This document shows positions 35,332 through 44,712 of a stretch of 64,000 nt of DNA, piece after piece; position 1 is the first letter of the stretch; each line of letters begins with the position of its first letter. The translations under genes and the position numbers were made by a program. Origin of the DNA: an uncultured Verrucomicrobia subdivision 3 bacterium (GTDB taxonomy: Bacteria > Verrucomicrobiota > Verrucomicrobiia > Limisphaerales > UBA11358). The notes under the pieces were generated by a model, which searched no databases, was not told where the DNA came from, and worked only from the letters and a program-made list of their open reading frames with translations. The stretch is from positions 33,063-97,062 of the forward strand of contig CAIOIC010000080.1 of NCBI GenBank assembly GCA_903858275.1. The letters are read 5' to 3'.

Positions 35332-36603
35332 ATGAAGCCCCAGTCCATGAACAGTCGACAGCGCGTGCGCGCCGCGCTTGAACACCGGCAGCCGGATTGC
35401 GTGCCGATGGATTTTGGCTCCACCGCCGTAACCGGGATGCACGTCACCTGCGTTGCTGGTCTGCGGAAACATTACGGTCTGCCGGAACATCCGGTGACGG
35501 TAATCGAGCCGTATCAGATGCTGGGAGTAGTCGAACCTGATTTGTGCGATGCCCTGGGCGTAGACACCACCAATGTGTTGCCGCCGGCCAACATGTTCGG
35601 TTTTCGTAACGAACGCTGGAAACCATGGCGCGCGCCGTGGGGACAGGAACTAATGGTGCCGGGAGATTTTATCACCACCCCGGCTCCCGATGGCGGATTG
35701 CATATTTATCCGGGCGGCGACACCAGTGTTTCCGCCAGCGGTCATCTGCCGGCCACGGGTTACTTCTTCGACACGATCATCCGGCAGGAGCCGATTGACG
35801 AAGATAATTTGAAAGTGGAGGACAATCTCGAGGAGTTTGCCCGGTTTCCTGAAAGCGATGTGGCCTATTTTCGCGAGGCGGCGCAAGCGGCGGCCGGCAA
35901 AGGCAAAGCGGTTATTGCCACCATCGGCGGCACGGCGTTTGGCGACATCGCGCTGGTGCCGGGACCGTTTATGAAACGGCCCCGGGGCATACGCGACGTG
36001 GAAGAATGGTATGTGGCCATTTCCGAGCGGCCGGAATTCGTGCGGGCCATTTTTGAAAAGCAGTGTGAAATCGCCCTGGCGAATCTGGCGAAAGTGGCGG
36101 CGTCGACGGGCGACAACATTGATGTCGTGTTTCTGTGCGGCACGGATTTTGGCACCCAGATTTCACAGTTCTGTTCGGTGAAAACCTTTCGCGAAGTTTA
36201 CCAGCCTTACTACCGGGCTGTGAACGACTGGATTCACAAAAACACGAAATGGAAAACCTTGAAGCACACTTGTGGGGCGGTGCGGCCGCTGATTCCGGAA
36301 CTGATTGCGGCCGGATTTGATGCGCTAAATCCCGTGCAATGTTCGGCCACCGGCATGGAACCCGCGGGGTTGAAAAAAGATTTCGGCGATCAAATCACGT
36401 TCTGGGGCGGTGGTGTTGACACGCAAAAGACGTTGCCTTTTGGAACTCCGGCACAGGTGCGCGAGGAGGTTTTATGCCGCTGTGAAATCTTTTCGCCCGG
36501 CGGCGGATTTGTTTTCGACTCCATCCACAATCTGCAAGCCCGCACACCGGTGGTCAATCTGGTGGCAATGTTTGAAGCGGTGCGGGAGTTCAACGCGCGT
36601 TGA
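35332..36603 (+). CDS. URO-D family methyltransferase, long class (paralogue of 20981..22219)
   Basis: 423 aa, with MNSRQRVRAALEHRQPDCVPMD, KHTCG and FWGGGVDT...PGGGFVFDSIHNL. It is collinear with the 412-aa paralogue over its full length by eye. Confidence 0.75.
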   Translation: MKPQSMNSRQRVRAALEHRQPDCVPMDFGSTAVTGMHVTCVAGLRKHYGLPEHPVTVIEPYQMLGVVEPDLCDALGVDTTNVLPPANMFGFRNERWKPWRAPWGQELMVPGDFITTPAPDGGLHIYPGGDTSVSASGHLPATGYFFDTIIRQEPIDEDNLKVEDNLEEFARFPESDVAYFREAAQAAAGKGKAVIATIGGTAFGDIALVPGPFMKRPRGIRDVEEWYVAISERPEFVRAIFEKQCEIALANLAKVAASTGDNIDVVFLCGTDFGTQISQFCSVKTFREVYQPYYRAVNDWIHKNTKWKTLKHTCGAVRPLIPELIAAGFDALNPVQCSATGMEPAGLKKDFGDQITFWGGGVDTQKTLPFGTPAQVREEVLCRCEIFSPGGGFVFDSIHNLQARTPVVNLVAMFEAVREFNAR

Positions 36604-36666
36604 TGGGAGAAATCCTAAATCAAACGGACTGGCTGGACTTTAGTAAAAGCGAAATTCGAATTTTGA

Positions 36667-36742
36667 TGGTGGGCCTGCTCGGACTTGAACCGAGAACCAA
36701 AGGATTATGAGTCCTCTGCTCTAACCATTGAGCTACAGGCCC
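36667..36742 (-). tRNA. tRNA with CAU anticodon (elongator Met or lysidine-dependent Ile2), CCA encoded
   Basis: The reverse complement is GGGCCTGTAGCTCAATGGTTAGAGCAGAGGACTCATAATCCTTTGGTTCTCGGTTCAAGTCCGAGCAGGCCCACCA. It folds as a 76-nt cloverleaf (7-bp acceptor, GCTC/GAGC D stem, GAGGA/TCCTT anticodon stem, loop CTCATAA, CTCGG/CCGAG T stem). The body resembles E. coli ileX as I recall it. Confidence 0.9.
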
Positions 36743-38505
36743 GTGCCGTTCTTATTTTGCGTGGTTGCGTTGGCGCGACAAGCCAATTCTGTCAACAGCT
36801 CCACATCCAGTTGCTCAATGTTTAGAAAACCGTGCAACTGCCGCAGCCGGGTGGGATGCCGCATTTTGCGCAGGGCTTTGGCTTCGATTTGACGGATGCG
36901 TTCACGCGTGACGCGGAATTGCTTGCCGACTTCCTCCAGCGTTTGCGCGTTGCCGTCACCGATGCCAAAGCGAAGTTCCAGCACCTGCCGTTCGCGTTCG
37001 CTAAGACTGCACAGCACATCGCCCAGCTTGTTTTTAAGCAGGCTGAAGCTGGTCATGTCCAGCGGGTTTTCGGCCGCCTTGTCCTCGATAAAATCACCAA
37101 AGCTCACGTCGTCGCCGTCGCCCACCGGCGACTGGAGTGAAATTGGCTGTTGCGCCATCTTCAACACCGCCCGCACCCGGGCCGCCGGCAACTGCATCTC
37201 CTCGGCGATTTCCTCCGGCGTGGATTCGCGGCCGAGTTCTTGAAATAACTTTTTCTGCGCCCGCAGCAGTTTGTTGATGATCTCGATCATGTGGATCGGG
37301 ATGCGGATGGTGCGCGCCTGGTCGGCAATGGCGCGGGTGACGGCCTGCCGGATCCACCAGGTGGCATAGGTGGAAAATTTGTAGCCGCGCCGATATTCAA
37401 ATTTCTCCACGGCCTTCATCAGTCCCATGTTGCCTTCCTGAATCAAATCCAGAAAAGACAAGCCGCGATTGGTGTATCTTTTGGCGATGGAGATCACCAG
37501 CCGCAGATTGGCCTCCACCATTTCCGTCTTGGCCTGCAACGCGCGGCTGGTGGCGGCGTGCAAGCGGTCAAACGCCAAAAAGAAGTCCCGGTGTGGCATC
37601 CGCACAAATTCTTCCAGGGCGCGCAGGGTTTGCTGCTCGGTTTTAATTAGCTGTTTTTGAGCGCTGGAGCCGCGCTGTTTTTTTGCCTCGGCGATGGCGC
37701 GAAGGTTGCACTGGATTTTTTCGTGGATGTTCTCCGCCACCTGCGCCAGATCTTCGAGCACCTGGTGCTTGAAATAGAATTTCGGGAATGTCGCCTGAAG
37801 TTTCTTGTCCAGCTTCTCAAAATCGGTGCGGGCGCGGTTGTGTTTGGCGGTCGGATGAACATCGCGCCAGTGGTTAAAGTGCTGATCCACTTCTTGGTCA
37901 AGTTCCTGCACGCGGGCTGTCAGTCGTCGTAGCGTTTGCAGGTAGGTTTCGCGGCTGTCCACTTTTTTATCCAGCACCACATGGTCGAATCGTTCGCGTG
38001 GAGGATTGGATAGCAGTTTTTCAGCGAGTGCGATGTGTTCCTTGGCGGCAAAACCAAAATGATAAACGATCTGGCGCACCTCCGTCTCGGCTTCCTCGAT
38101 GCGTTTGGAAATCTCCACTTCCTGTTCGCGGGTCAGCAACGGCACTGCGCCCATCTGCTTGAGATACATCCGCACGGGATCGTCGAGCGCGTCGAGCCGG
38201 CGGCTGCCTCCGTCTTCGTCTTCCTGTCCGGTGGGCTTGACATTATCCACCTCGGCAGCGTCCACCACTTCGATTTCCAGTTCGCGCAGCTTGGCAAAAA
38301 CCTGATCCAGATACATCGGCGCGGAAAACACTTCCGTCAAAATCTCGCCAACATCCTCGAAAGTCAGGTGTCCTTGCTCGCGGGCTAGCTTGACTATTTC
38401 TTTGATTTTTTCGGCCAGCGCAGCGATTGGGTTTGCGGGGGGCAAGGCTTGTGCTGTATCGGTTATGAGCACGCGGGGCGTTTTAATTTTGTGAGCCTTT
38501 GACAT
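36733..38505 (-). CDS. rpoD: RNA polymerase primary sigma factor (sigma-70)
   Basis: Regions 1.1 to 4.2 are recognisable: [72 protein letters not shown]. The ORF carries a tail of about 34 aa after region 4.2, and its TAG lies inside the tRNA gene. Confidence 0.92.
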   Translation of the reverse strand: MSKAHKIKTPRVLITDTAQALPPANPIAALAEKIKEIVKLAREQGHLTFEDVGEILTEVFSAPMYLDQVFAKLRELEIEVVDAAEVDNVKPTGQEDEDGGSRRLDALDDPVRMYLKQMGAVPLLTREQEVEISKRIEEAETEVRQIVYHFGFAAKEHIALAEKLLSNPPRERFDHVVLDKKVDSRETYLQTLRRLTARVQELDQEVDQHFNHWRDVHPTAKHNRARTDFEKLDKKLQATFPKFYFKHQVLEDLAQVAENIHEKIQCNLRAIAEAKKQRGSSAQKQLIKTEQQTLRALEEFVRMPHRDFFLAFDRLHAATSRALQAKTEMVEANLRLVISIAKRYTNRGLSFLDLIQEGNMGLMKAVEKFEYRRGYKFSTYATWWIRQAVTRAIADQARTIRIPIHMIEIINKLLRAQKKLFQELGRESTPEEIAEEMQLPAARVRAVLKMAQQPISLQSPVGDGDDVSFGDFIEDKAAENPLDMTSFSLLKNKLGDVLCSLSERERQVLELRFGIGDGNAQTLEEVGKQFRVTRERIRQIEAKALRKMRHPTRLRQLHGFLNIEQLDVELLTELACRANATTQNKNGTGL

Positions 38506-38602
38506 AGTTGTGTCATGCCTTCGCCAAGCACTGGCGGGGACGCGAAGAGTGGTGGCAATATAAAAGTCGGCTTGCCCGCGTCAAGCGGCGAAACGCGGCA
38601 CG

Positions 38603-40003
38603 TTATTTTTCTGGCTCGACGAAAGTGCCGTTCGCTTTCAGGTGCGGCAGGATCATCGCCACCGTGCGCTCGACGGCGCCGAGATTGTCAGCGACAACCT
38701 CCCGCGCGTGGCGGCCTAATTCGTTCCGGCGGGCGGGGTTGGCGAGCAGTTCATTTAGGACGCGCTCTAGTTCTTTCGCGTCGTTCACTTGTATGGCAGC
38801 GTCTTTGGCCAGAAAATTTCGCGTGATGTCGGCAAAATTTTGCATGTTTGGCCCGAATACGATGGTTTTGCCCTGCGCGCCCGGTTCAATGGGATTTTGT
38901 CCGCCGATGGCGGTGAGGCTTTTGCCGACGAACACCACGGTGGCTGGCTCGTAGAAGAATTTTAATTCGCCGGTGGTGTTCACCAGCAGGCAATCCACCG
39001 CACCGGGTTTGAACTGGGTGTCGGAAAAAATCTGGTTGCGGTAAATGAATTTCACTTCGCGCGCCTGCAGCTTCTGGCCGAGGTCCTTGCAGCGTTCAAA
39101 GTGACGCGGCACTAGGATTAAAAACAGATTTGGAAATATTTCACGCAGCCGTTTTGCGATGTCTGCTAGCAATAATTCCTCGCCGTCGTGCGTGCTGCCG
39201 GCCACGAGCACCGGGGCGTCGTCGGCTATGCCGATTTGCCGGAGCAGGGCGCGGACATCAAAATGTCGCTGTTCGGTCAAACTGGCGGCATCGAATTTCA
39301 AATTGCCCACCACCTGCAGCGCCTCCGGGCGGCACCCCACCGCCCGCAGTCGCGCGGCGTCCGCCTCGTTTTGGCAGCCCACGCCGGTGAAGGACTCGAA
39401 CAAATCGCGGAACAGCCAGCTGAATTTCAGATAGCGCGGATAGGAGCGGTCGGAGAGTCGGGCGTTGGCGAGAAAAACGGGGATTTTCATGCTGCGCGCC
39501 CGCCACAGCAAATTGGGCCAGATTTCGGCTTCGACCAGAACGATGGCCAGTGGTTTGATGACGGCCAGGGCCCGCTGGACGTATTTGCGGCGGTCCACCG
39601 GATAATAAATCTTGGTCACATGCGTTGGCAGCCGTCGGCGTAGTTCCGCCATGCCGGTGGTGGTGGTGCAGGAGACGACGATTTTTAAATTGGGCACGCG
39701 TGGTTCCAGCGCGCGGATGAGCTGGGTGCAGAGGTTCACTTCGCCGACGCTGACGGCATGCAGCCAGATGACATGACGGTTGGTCAGGGCCTGCATGATG
39801 GAGGGATCGTAGCTGGCAAATCGCTGGCCGAAGCCATGCTGCCAGTTGCCGCGCCGCCGCATCCGCCAGAAATAATACGGCGCTGACAGCGCGAAAAATA
39901 TCAGGAATAAAATGTTATAAAGAGTTCGCACTTTTAACTTCCAACCCGTTGGCGGTTTTGAACTTTCAAAATAAGACGGCCGGGATATTTGAGAAGGTTT
40001 CAC
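38603..40003 (-). CDS. waaA: 3-deoxy-D-manno-octulosonic acid (Kdo) transferase
   Basis: VIWLHAVSVGEV, an N-terminal membrane anchor, and a GT-B C-terminal half (VGGSL-like FVGKSL.AIGGQNPIEP). GTG start. Confidence 0.85.
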   Translation of the reverse strand: MKPSQISRPSYFESSKPPTGWKLKVRTLYNILFLIFFALSAPYYFWRMRRRGNWQHGFGQRFASYDPSIMQALTNRHVIWLHAVSVGEVNLCTQLIRALEPRVPNLKIVVSCTTTTGMAELRRRLPTHVTKIYYPVDRRKYVQRALAVIKPLAIVLVEAEIWPNLLWRARSMKIPVFLANARLSDRSYPRYLKFSWLFRDLFESFTGVGCQNEADAARLRAVGCRPEALQVVGNLKFDAASLTEQRHFDVRALLRQIGIADDAPVLVAGSTHDGEELLLADIAKRLREIFPNLFLILVPRHFERCKDLGQKLQAREVKFIYRNQIFSDTQFKPGAVDCLLVNTTGELKFFYEPATVVFVGKSLTAIGGQNPIEPGAQGKTIVFGPNMQNFADITRNFLAKDAAIQVNDAKELERVLNELLANPARRNELGRHAREVVADNLGAVERTVAMILPHLKANGTFVEPEK

Positions 40004-40018
40004 AATCGCCGCGCATTT

Positions 40019-41275
40019 TCAATCCCGGAAAAACACCAGCCAGACAACCACCAAAACCGGCAGCAGGAAAGGCAGCGTGAATTTCAGGATGAATTCGACG
40101 AAGGATGGCGTTCGGCAGTTGTTTTGTTCGGCGATGGCTTTGACCATGAAATTCGGGCCGTTACCGATGTAGGTCGCCGCACCAAAAAACACCGCGCTGA
40201 TGCTGATGGCTAGAATGTGTCCGGAATGGGTTCCAAGCAAGCCATGGAGGTTTTCCATCCCGGTCACGCCTTGCAGCGCGCTCAGGAAACCGAGATAGGT
40301 GGGGGCATTGTCCAGCGTGCTGGAAAGCACCCCCGTGCCCCAATAAAAAATTCCGGTCGAGGGCTGGTCGCCCAGCAGTGTCCGGCTGCTGTGGTTCAGC
40401 CAGGCCAAAGCCGGTATCATGGTGCTGAAGATGCCCGCGAAGAGCACGGCCACCTCCTGAATCGGATGAAAATTGAAGTCGTTCGCCGCATGGATGGATT
40501 TTTTAGTCGTGAAATAGGAGCCTAGCGCCGCTGCCAGCATCAAGCCCTCGCGCAGAAAAAGCGGTTTCTCGACAAACACCGCGCAGAGAATCACGCCGAG
40601 GAAAAATAGATTGGGCAGGCCGTCAATACTCCAGGTCTCATGCGCGGTTTCCTTTTCTCGAACCGGGCGCGGCGCGCGGTGGAAATTGACTTTGTCCAAG
40701 CCGTAAAAAATGGCGAGCAGGATGCCGACGCCCACAACCCACATGGGCCAGCAGTTATTGGCCACCCACCAGAACGGGATGCCTTGCAGGTAGCCGAGGA
40801 ATAATGGCGGGTCGCCAATGGGCGTCAGGCAGCCGCCGATGTTGGCAACGATGAAAATAAAGAAAACAATGTGGTGCGTCGTCACCCGGTATTTATTCAT
40901 CCGGATCCACGGGCGGATAAGCAGCATCGCGGCACCGGTGGTGCCGAGGACATTCGCGGCCACCGCGCCGATGAGCAGAAACACCACGTTGCGGAGTGGT
41001 GTCGCCTCGCCTTTCACGCCGATGTGGATGCCGCCGGCCACGACAAATAACGAGCCGACCAGCGCGATAAAGCTGATATATTCGTGGGCCGTTTTGCCGA
41101 AACCATGCAGGTCCCGCGCCACCAGCAGATAATAACCGGCAGTGACCGTTCCGAGGCCGAGCGCGACTTTGGCATAGTGCCGCAGCCACCAGCGCGGTGC
41201 CAGCACGGGGGCAAAAGCCATCGCGCCCAGCAGCAGCGCGAAGGGCATAATTAAAATGGGGTGCGGTGCCGACAT
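40019..41275 (-). CDS. ArsB/NhaD-superfamily permease (putative Na+/H+ antiporter or anion transporter)
   Basis: Polytopic membrane protein of about 418 aa. The pattern LIRPWIRMN...FFIFIVANIGGCLTPIGDPPLFLGY is typical of NhaD/citrate-transporter-like permeases. The ATG at 41275 is preferred over the TTG at 41311. Confidence 0.6.
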   Translation of the reverse strand: MSAPHPILIMPFALLLGAMAFAPVLAPRWWLRHYAKVALGLGTVTAGYYLLVARDLHGFGKTAHEYISFIALVGSLFVVAGGIHIGVKGEATPLRNVVFLLIGAVAANVLGTTGAAMLLIRPWIRMNKYRVTTHHIVFFIFIVANIGGCLTPIGDPPLFLGYLQGIPFWWVANNCWPMWVVGVGILLAIFYGLDKVNFHRAPRPVREKETAHETWSIDGLPNLFFLGVILCAVFVEKPLFLREGLMLAAALGSYFTTKKSIHAANDFNFHPIQEVAVLFAGIFSTMIPALAWLNHSSRTLLGDQPSTGIFYWGTGVLSSTLDNAPTYLGFLSALQGVTGMENLHGLLGTHSGHILAISISAVFFGAATYIGNGPNFMVKAIAEQNNCRTPSFVEFILKFTLPFLLPVLVVVWLVFFRD

Positions 41276-41372
41276 CGGGAAAATTTTCGCGGACGCGGAC
41301 GGGCGGGTCAACTGAAACCGGCAAATTGAATTGAATTGAATTTAGCGGTTGGTTTTTGTCTCATGCCCGCGC

Positions 41373-43025
41373 ATGCCGCCGTCGGAAATCTATTCTCGAA
41401 GGTTTCAACGCCACTGGACGTGGTGGTTTATGGTAGCCGTGCTGGCGCTTGTGGCTGCGGCACGACTGCGGCTGCTGAATTTTCCGCTGGAACGTGACGA
41501 GGGTGAATACGCCTACGCCGGCCAGCTCATTCTTCAAGGTTTTCCTCCTTACGAGCTGGCTTACAATATGAAATTTCCGGGAACGTATCTGGCCTACGCC
41601 GCCATTATGGCGGTGTTCGGGCAGACGACAGCGGGAATCCATCTGGGACTTTTGCTGATGACGACGGGAACCGCGATGATGCTTTTCTGGCTTGGTAAAA
41701 AAAAACTGGATGAATTTGCCGGTATCGCCGCCGCCACCAGTTATGCGTTGCTGGCGGCAAGTCCGTCCATGCTCGGTCTGGCCGGTCACGCGACACATTT
41801 TTGCGCGTTTTTTGTGACGGCGGGACTGTGTCTGATGTGGCAGGTGCGTCAGAAGGAAAAATATTTATTTCTGGCCGCTGGCGGAATCTGTTTTGGCCTC
41901 GCCGTGTTGATGAAGCAGCACGCGGTGCTCATCGCGGCATGGGCGGGGCTGTTTTTTGCCTTTGGAAAAATATATGGTGCGAAGAAAAATCAGGGGAAAT
42001 GGCTGGCGGACGTGTCGGTCTATGGTTTTGCCATGCTGACGCCGCTGGCGCTTTGTTGTTTGTGGTTCTGGCAGGCGGGCGTTTTTGGCCGGTTCAAGTT
42101 CTGGACAATTGACTACGCGCAACAATACGCATCAATCATGCCGTTGGCTTACGCGCCGCAATTGTTCTGGCACGGTTTCTCGTGGGTGATAACCAGTTGC
42201 ATTTTGCTGTGGATCGCTGCGTTCGCCGGATTGGTGCTCGTTTGGTTTGACCCGCGCTGGAAAGGTTCGCGCGGCTGGTTTCTTGGTTTTTGTGCGGCTT
42301 CGGCGCTGGCGGTTTGTCCGGATTTTTATTTTCGGAAGCATTATTTTCTAATCGCGCTGCCGGCGGTGGCCTTGCTCTTTGGCGCAGCTTTCAGCGGCCT
42401 GCGGCAATGGTGGGGCGATAAAAATAAAACCTCGCCGCTGGGGAACTGGCCGGTGTGGTGTTATTTGCTGGTGGTGGTCGTGTCCATTTTCACCAGCGCC
42501 ACGGTATGGTTTCGAACGCCGCTGCCTGAGCTCGCCAGAAATCTTTATGGCGGCGACCCGTTGCCTGAATCGGAAATTGTCGCGCAGTATATCCGGGAAA
42601 ATTCTCCGCCGGATGCGCGCATTGGCATTCTTGGTTCGGAGCCGCAAATCTATTTTCTGGCGCGCCGCCAGTCGGCTACCGGCTACATTTACACCTACGC
42701 GCTGATGGAACCGCAGCCGTTTGCTTCCCAAATGCAGCGGGAGATAATCCGCGAGATTGAAGCCAGCCGGCCGGCGTTCATCGTTTTTGCCGACAACCCG
42801 CTGTCTTTCGGGCTGCGACCGGAATCGGACCGGACGCTGCTTCGCTGGTGGGACGAATATAAAACGAACTACACGCTGGTGGGCATGACGGATATTCTTT
42901 CCCCGACCAATACGATCATTGTCCTTGGCACCAATTTCGTCGCCCGCTATCCCGAAGCCCACGGCAGTGCTCTGGAAATCTACCAACGAAATGGAAGTTT
43001 TTCGGCGCAAACAAAAAAACCATAG
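41373..43025 (+). CDS. GT-C fold membrane glycosyltransferase (ArnT/PMT, GT39/GT83-like)
   Basis: The first-loop motif is NFPLERDEGEYAYAGQLI (acidic DE motif). There are about 11 TM segments and a C-terminal soluble domain. The ATG at 41373 is preferred over the TTG at 41349. Confidence 0.65.
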   Translation: MPPSEIYSRRFQRHWTWWFMVAVLALVAAARLRLLNFPLERDEGEYAYAGQLILQGFPPYELAYNMKFPGTYLAYAAIMAVFGQTTAGIHLGLLLMTTGTAMMLFWLGKKKLDEFAGIAAATSYALLAASPSMLGLAGHATHFCAFFVTAGLCLMWQVRQKEKYLFLAAGGICFGLAVLMKQHAVLIAAWAGLFFAFGKIYGAKKNQGKWLADVSVYGFAMLTPLALCCLWFWQAGVFGRFKFWTIDYAQQYASIMPLAYAPQLFWHGFSWVITSCILLWIAAFAGLVLVWFDPRWKGSRGWFLGFCAASALAVCPDFYFRKHYFLIALPAVALLFGAAFSGLRQWWGDKNKTSPLGNWPVWCYLLVVVVSIFTSATVWFRTPLPELARNLYGGDPLPESEIVAQYIRENSPPDARIGILGSEPQIYFLARRQSATGYIYTYALMEPQPFASQMQREIIREIEASRPAFIVFADNPLSFGLRPESDRTLLRWWDEYKTNYTLVGMTDILSPTNTIIVLGTNFVARYPEAHGSALEIYQRNGSFSAQTKKP

Positions 43026-43031
43026 ACCGAA

Positions 43032-44657
43032 ATGGATTTGACTTTCACTGCCAAGAACATGAAGAGGACTGGCTGGGTTTTGGCGTCGGCCATGACGGCA
43101 GCGGCGGTTTTTTGGCATGCCTTTTCAATGGTTCATGCCGGCGGTCTTTGGCGCGACGAAGTTGGATTGGTGAACATCTCCAAGCTGCCGACTTTCATGG
43201 AAATATTTCCGGCGCTCCTGCGTGATCATTGTCCGATTGTTTTCCCCGCCATTTTGAGATTTTGGGCGGACGTTAGTTCTGGTTTGGGCGATGCCGGTTT
43301 GCGTTTACTGGGGTTGTTGGTGGGTTTTTTTCTGTTGGGATCTTTTTGGTTTGCGAGCCGGATGATGGGCAGAGGCCTGCCGCTGCTGACCTTGTCGCTG
43401 GCGGCGCTGAATCCCGTGGTGATCCGCTATGGCGACTCCCTGCGCGGCTATGGCTTTGGCATGGCTGTCATCATAATCACCATGGCTTTGATCTGGCGTT
43501 TCATGGAGCAGCCCAGTCTGCGGCGCGGACTATTGGCGGCCATGGCGGCGGTGGTGAGTGTTCAGACGCTTTATCAAAATGCTTTTTTTCTGCTGGCGAT
43601 TTGTGTGGGTGGGCTGGTTGTCTGCCTTCGCCGGAAACGGCATTCAACGGCTGTCTGGCTGTTGGTCATCGGGTTTGTGGCGGCGTTGTCGTTGGTGCCT
43701 TACCTCAATCCCATCCGCCATGCCCAGAGTTGGTATGTGGTAAGCAAATTGCCGGTGAATCAGGCCATCGCCTTGGATCGTTTGGTGCAAATGACGGACT
43801 CGCTTTTCGGGGTGTGGCTGCTGGTCGTGCTGCTGGCGGCGATCTTTGGAATCGGACAGTTGTTTGCCGGTCAAAAATCGGACGCGAAATGCGGCCGGGA
43901 AAACCTGCCGTTGTTTGCCGGCATCACTCTCTTGTTAGGCGCGATCGGTTTTGCGGTGTTCCTCAAATCCAGCGGAATGCCGACCCAGGTTTGGTATTAC
44001 ACACCGCTGCTCTGTTTCACGGCAGTTTGCAGCGATTTGATTTTTCCGCGCGTGCATCCGGCCACGGCTGCCGGTGTTCTGATTGTCGTTTTACTGGCTT
44101 TGATAGTTTCTCCGGCGACATATTTCGCGTTGCGGCTGCGCCAAACCAATGGCGATTTGGTTGCCCGGCAAATCGCCAAGGTGGCCGACGCTGATGATTT
44201 AATCATCGTGCATCCGTGGCATGAAGGCGTGACTTTCGCCTACTATTATCATGGTGCCGCTAAATGGACGACCTTGCCGCCGATTACTGATTACCGGTAT
44301 TTTCGATATGATTTCATCAAGGAGCAACTCCGCAAGCCGCACGCCATTGACCCTGTATTGGAACAAGTGCAAGCCACACTTCGTTCCGGTCACAGTGTCT
44401 GGATTGTCGGCGAATTGCCAAAAAGTCCCCGGGGCGCAACGTTGCCTGCGGATCCGCCGGTCGCGCCGAACCTGTCATCCGGCTGGCTCGACCAACCTTA
44501 TTCAGATGTCTGGGGCAGGAAACTGACTTGGCTTATCCATCATCGAAGTGACCTTATCAACGTTCCGATTGAAGGATTCGGCGGATTTTTGCCCGTCAAC
44601 CCGCTTGAAAATATGGAGATTAAAGTCGCCAGCGGCTGGCGGATAAATGCTCCCTGA
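43032..44657 (+). CDS. Polytopic membrane protein, GT-C-like (second ArnT/PMT-type candidate)
   Basis: The architecture resembles the upstream gene: many TM helices, GLWRDEVG in the first loop, and a soluble C-terminal domain. It starts 6 nt after the upstream stop. Confidence 0.45.
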   Translation: MDLTFTAKNMKRTGWVLASAMTAAAVFWHAFSMVHAGGLWRDEVGLVNISKLPTFMEIFPALLRDHCPIVFPAILRFWADVSSGLGDAGLRLLGLLVGFFLLGSFWFASRMMGRGLPLLTLSLAALNPVVIRYGDSLRGYGFGMAVIIITMALIWRFMEQPSLRRGLLAAMAAVVSVQTLYQNAFFLLAICVGGLVVCLRRKRHSTAVWLLVIGFVAALSLVPYLNPIRHAQSWYVVSKLPVNQAIALDRLVQMTDSLFGVWLLVVLLAAIFGIGQLFAGQKSDAKCGRENLPLFAGITLLLGAIGFAVFLKSSGMPTQVWYYTPLLCFTAVCSDLIFPRVHPATAAGVLIVVLLALIVSPATYFALRLRQTNGDLVARQIAKVADADDLIIVHPWHEGVTFAYYYHGAAKWTTLPPITDYRYFRYDFIKEQLRKPHAIDPVLEQVQATLRSGHSVWIVGELPKSPRGATLPADPPVAPNLSSGWLDQPYSDVWGRKLTWLIHHRSDLINVPIEGFGGFLPVNPLENMEIKVASGWRINAP

Positions 44658-44712
44658 CGGCCGTGTGAATTTTCCCTGCCAGCAACAATTCATCCCCGCT
44701 GCTTGACTACGC

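Noticed and set aside
36604-36742. The tRNA gene as a possible integration hotspot or genomic-island border.
   Set aside because: There is no integrase, no direct repeat of the tRNA 3' end and no compositional break that I could see on either side. The flanking genes are ordinary chromosomal genes.
41318-41345. Short tandem repeat AATTGAATTGAATTGAATTT in the waaA-side/GT-C divergent gap.
   Set aside because: There are only about three copies of a 5-nt unit in an AT-rich promoter region. This is too short to call a functional repeat.
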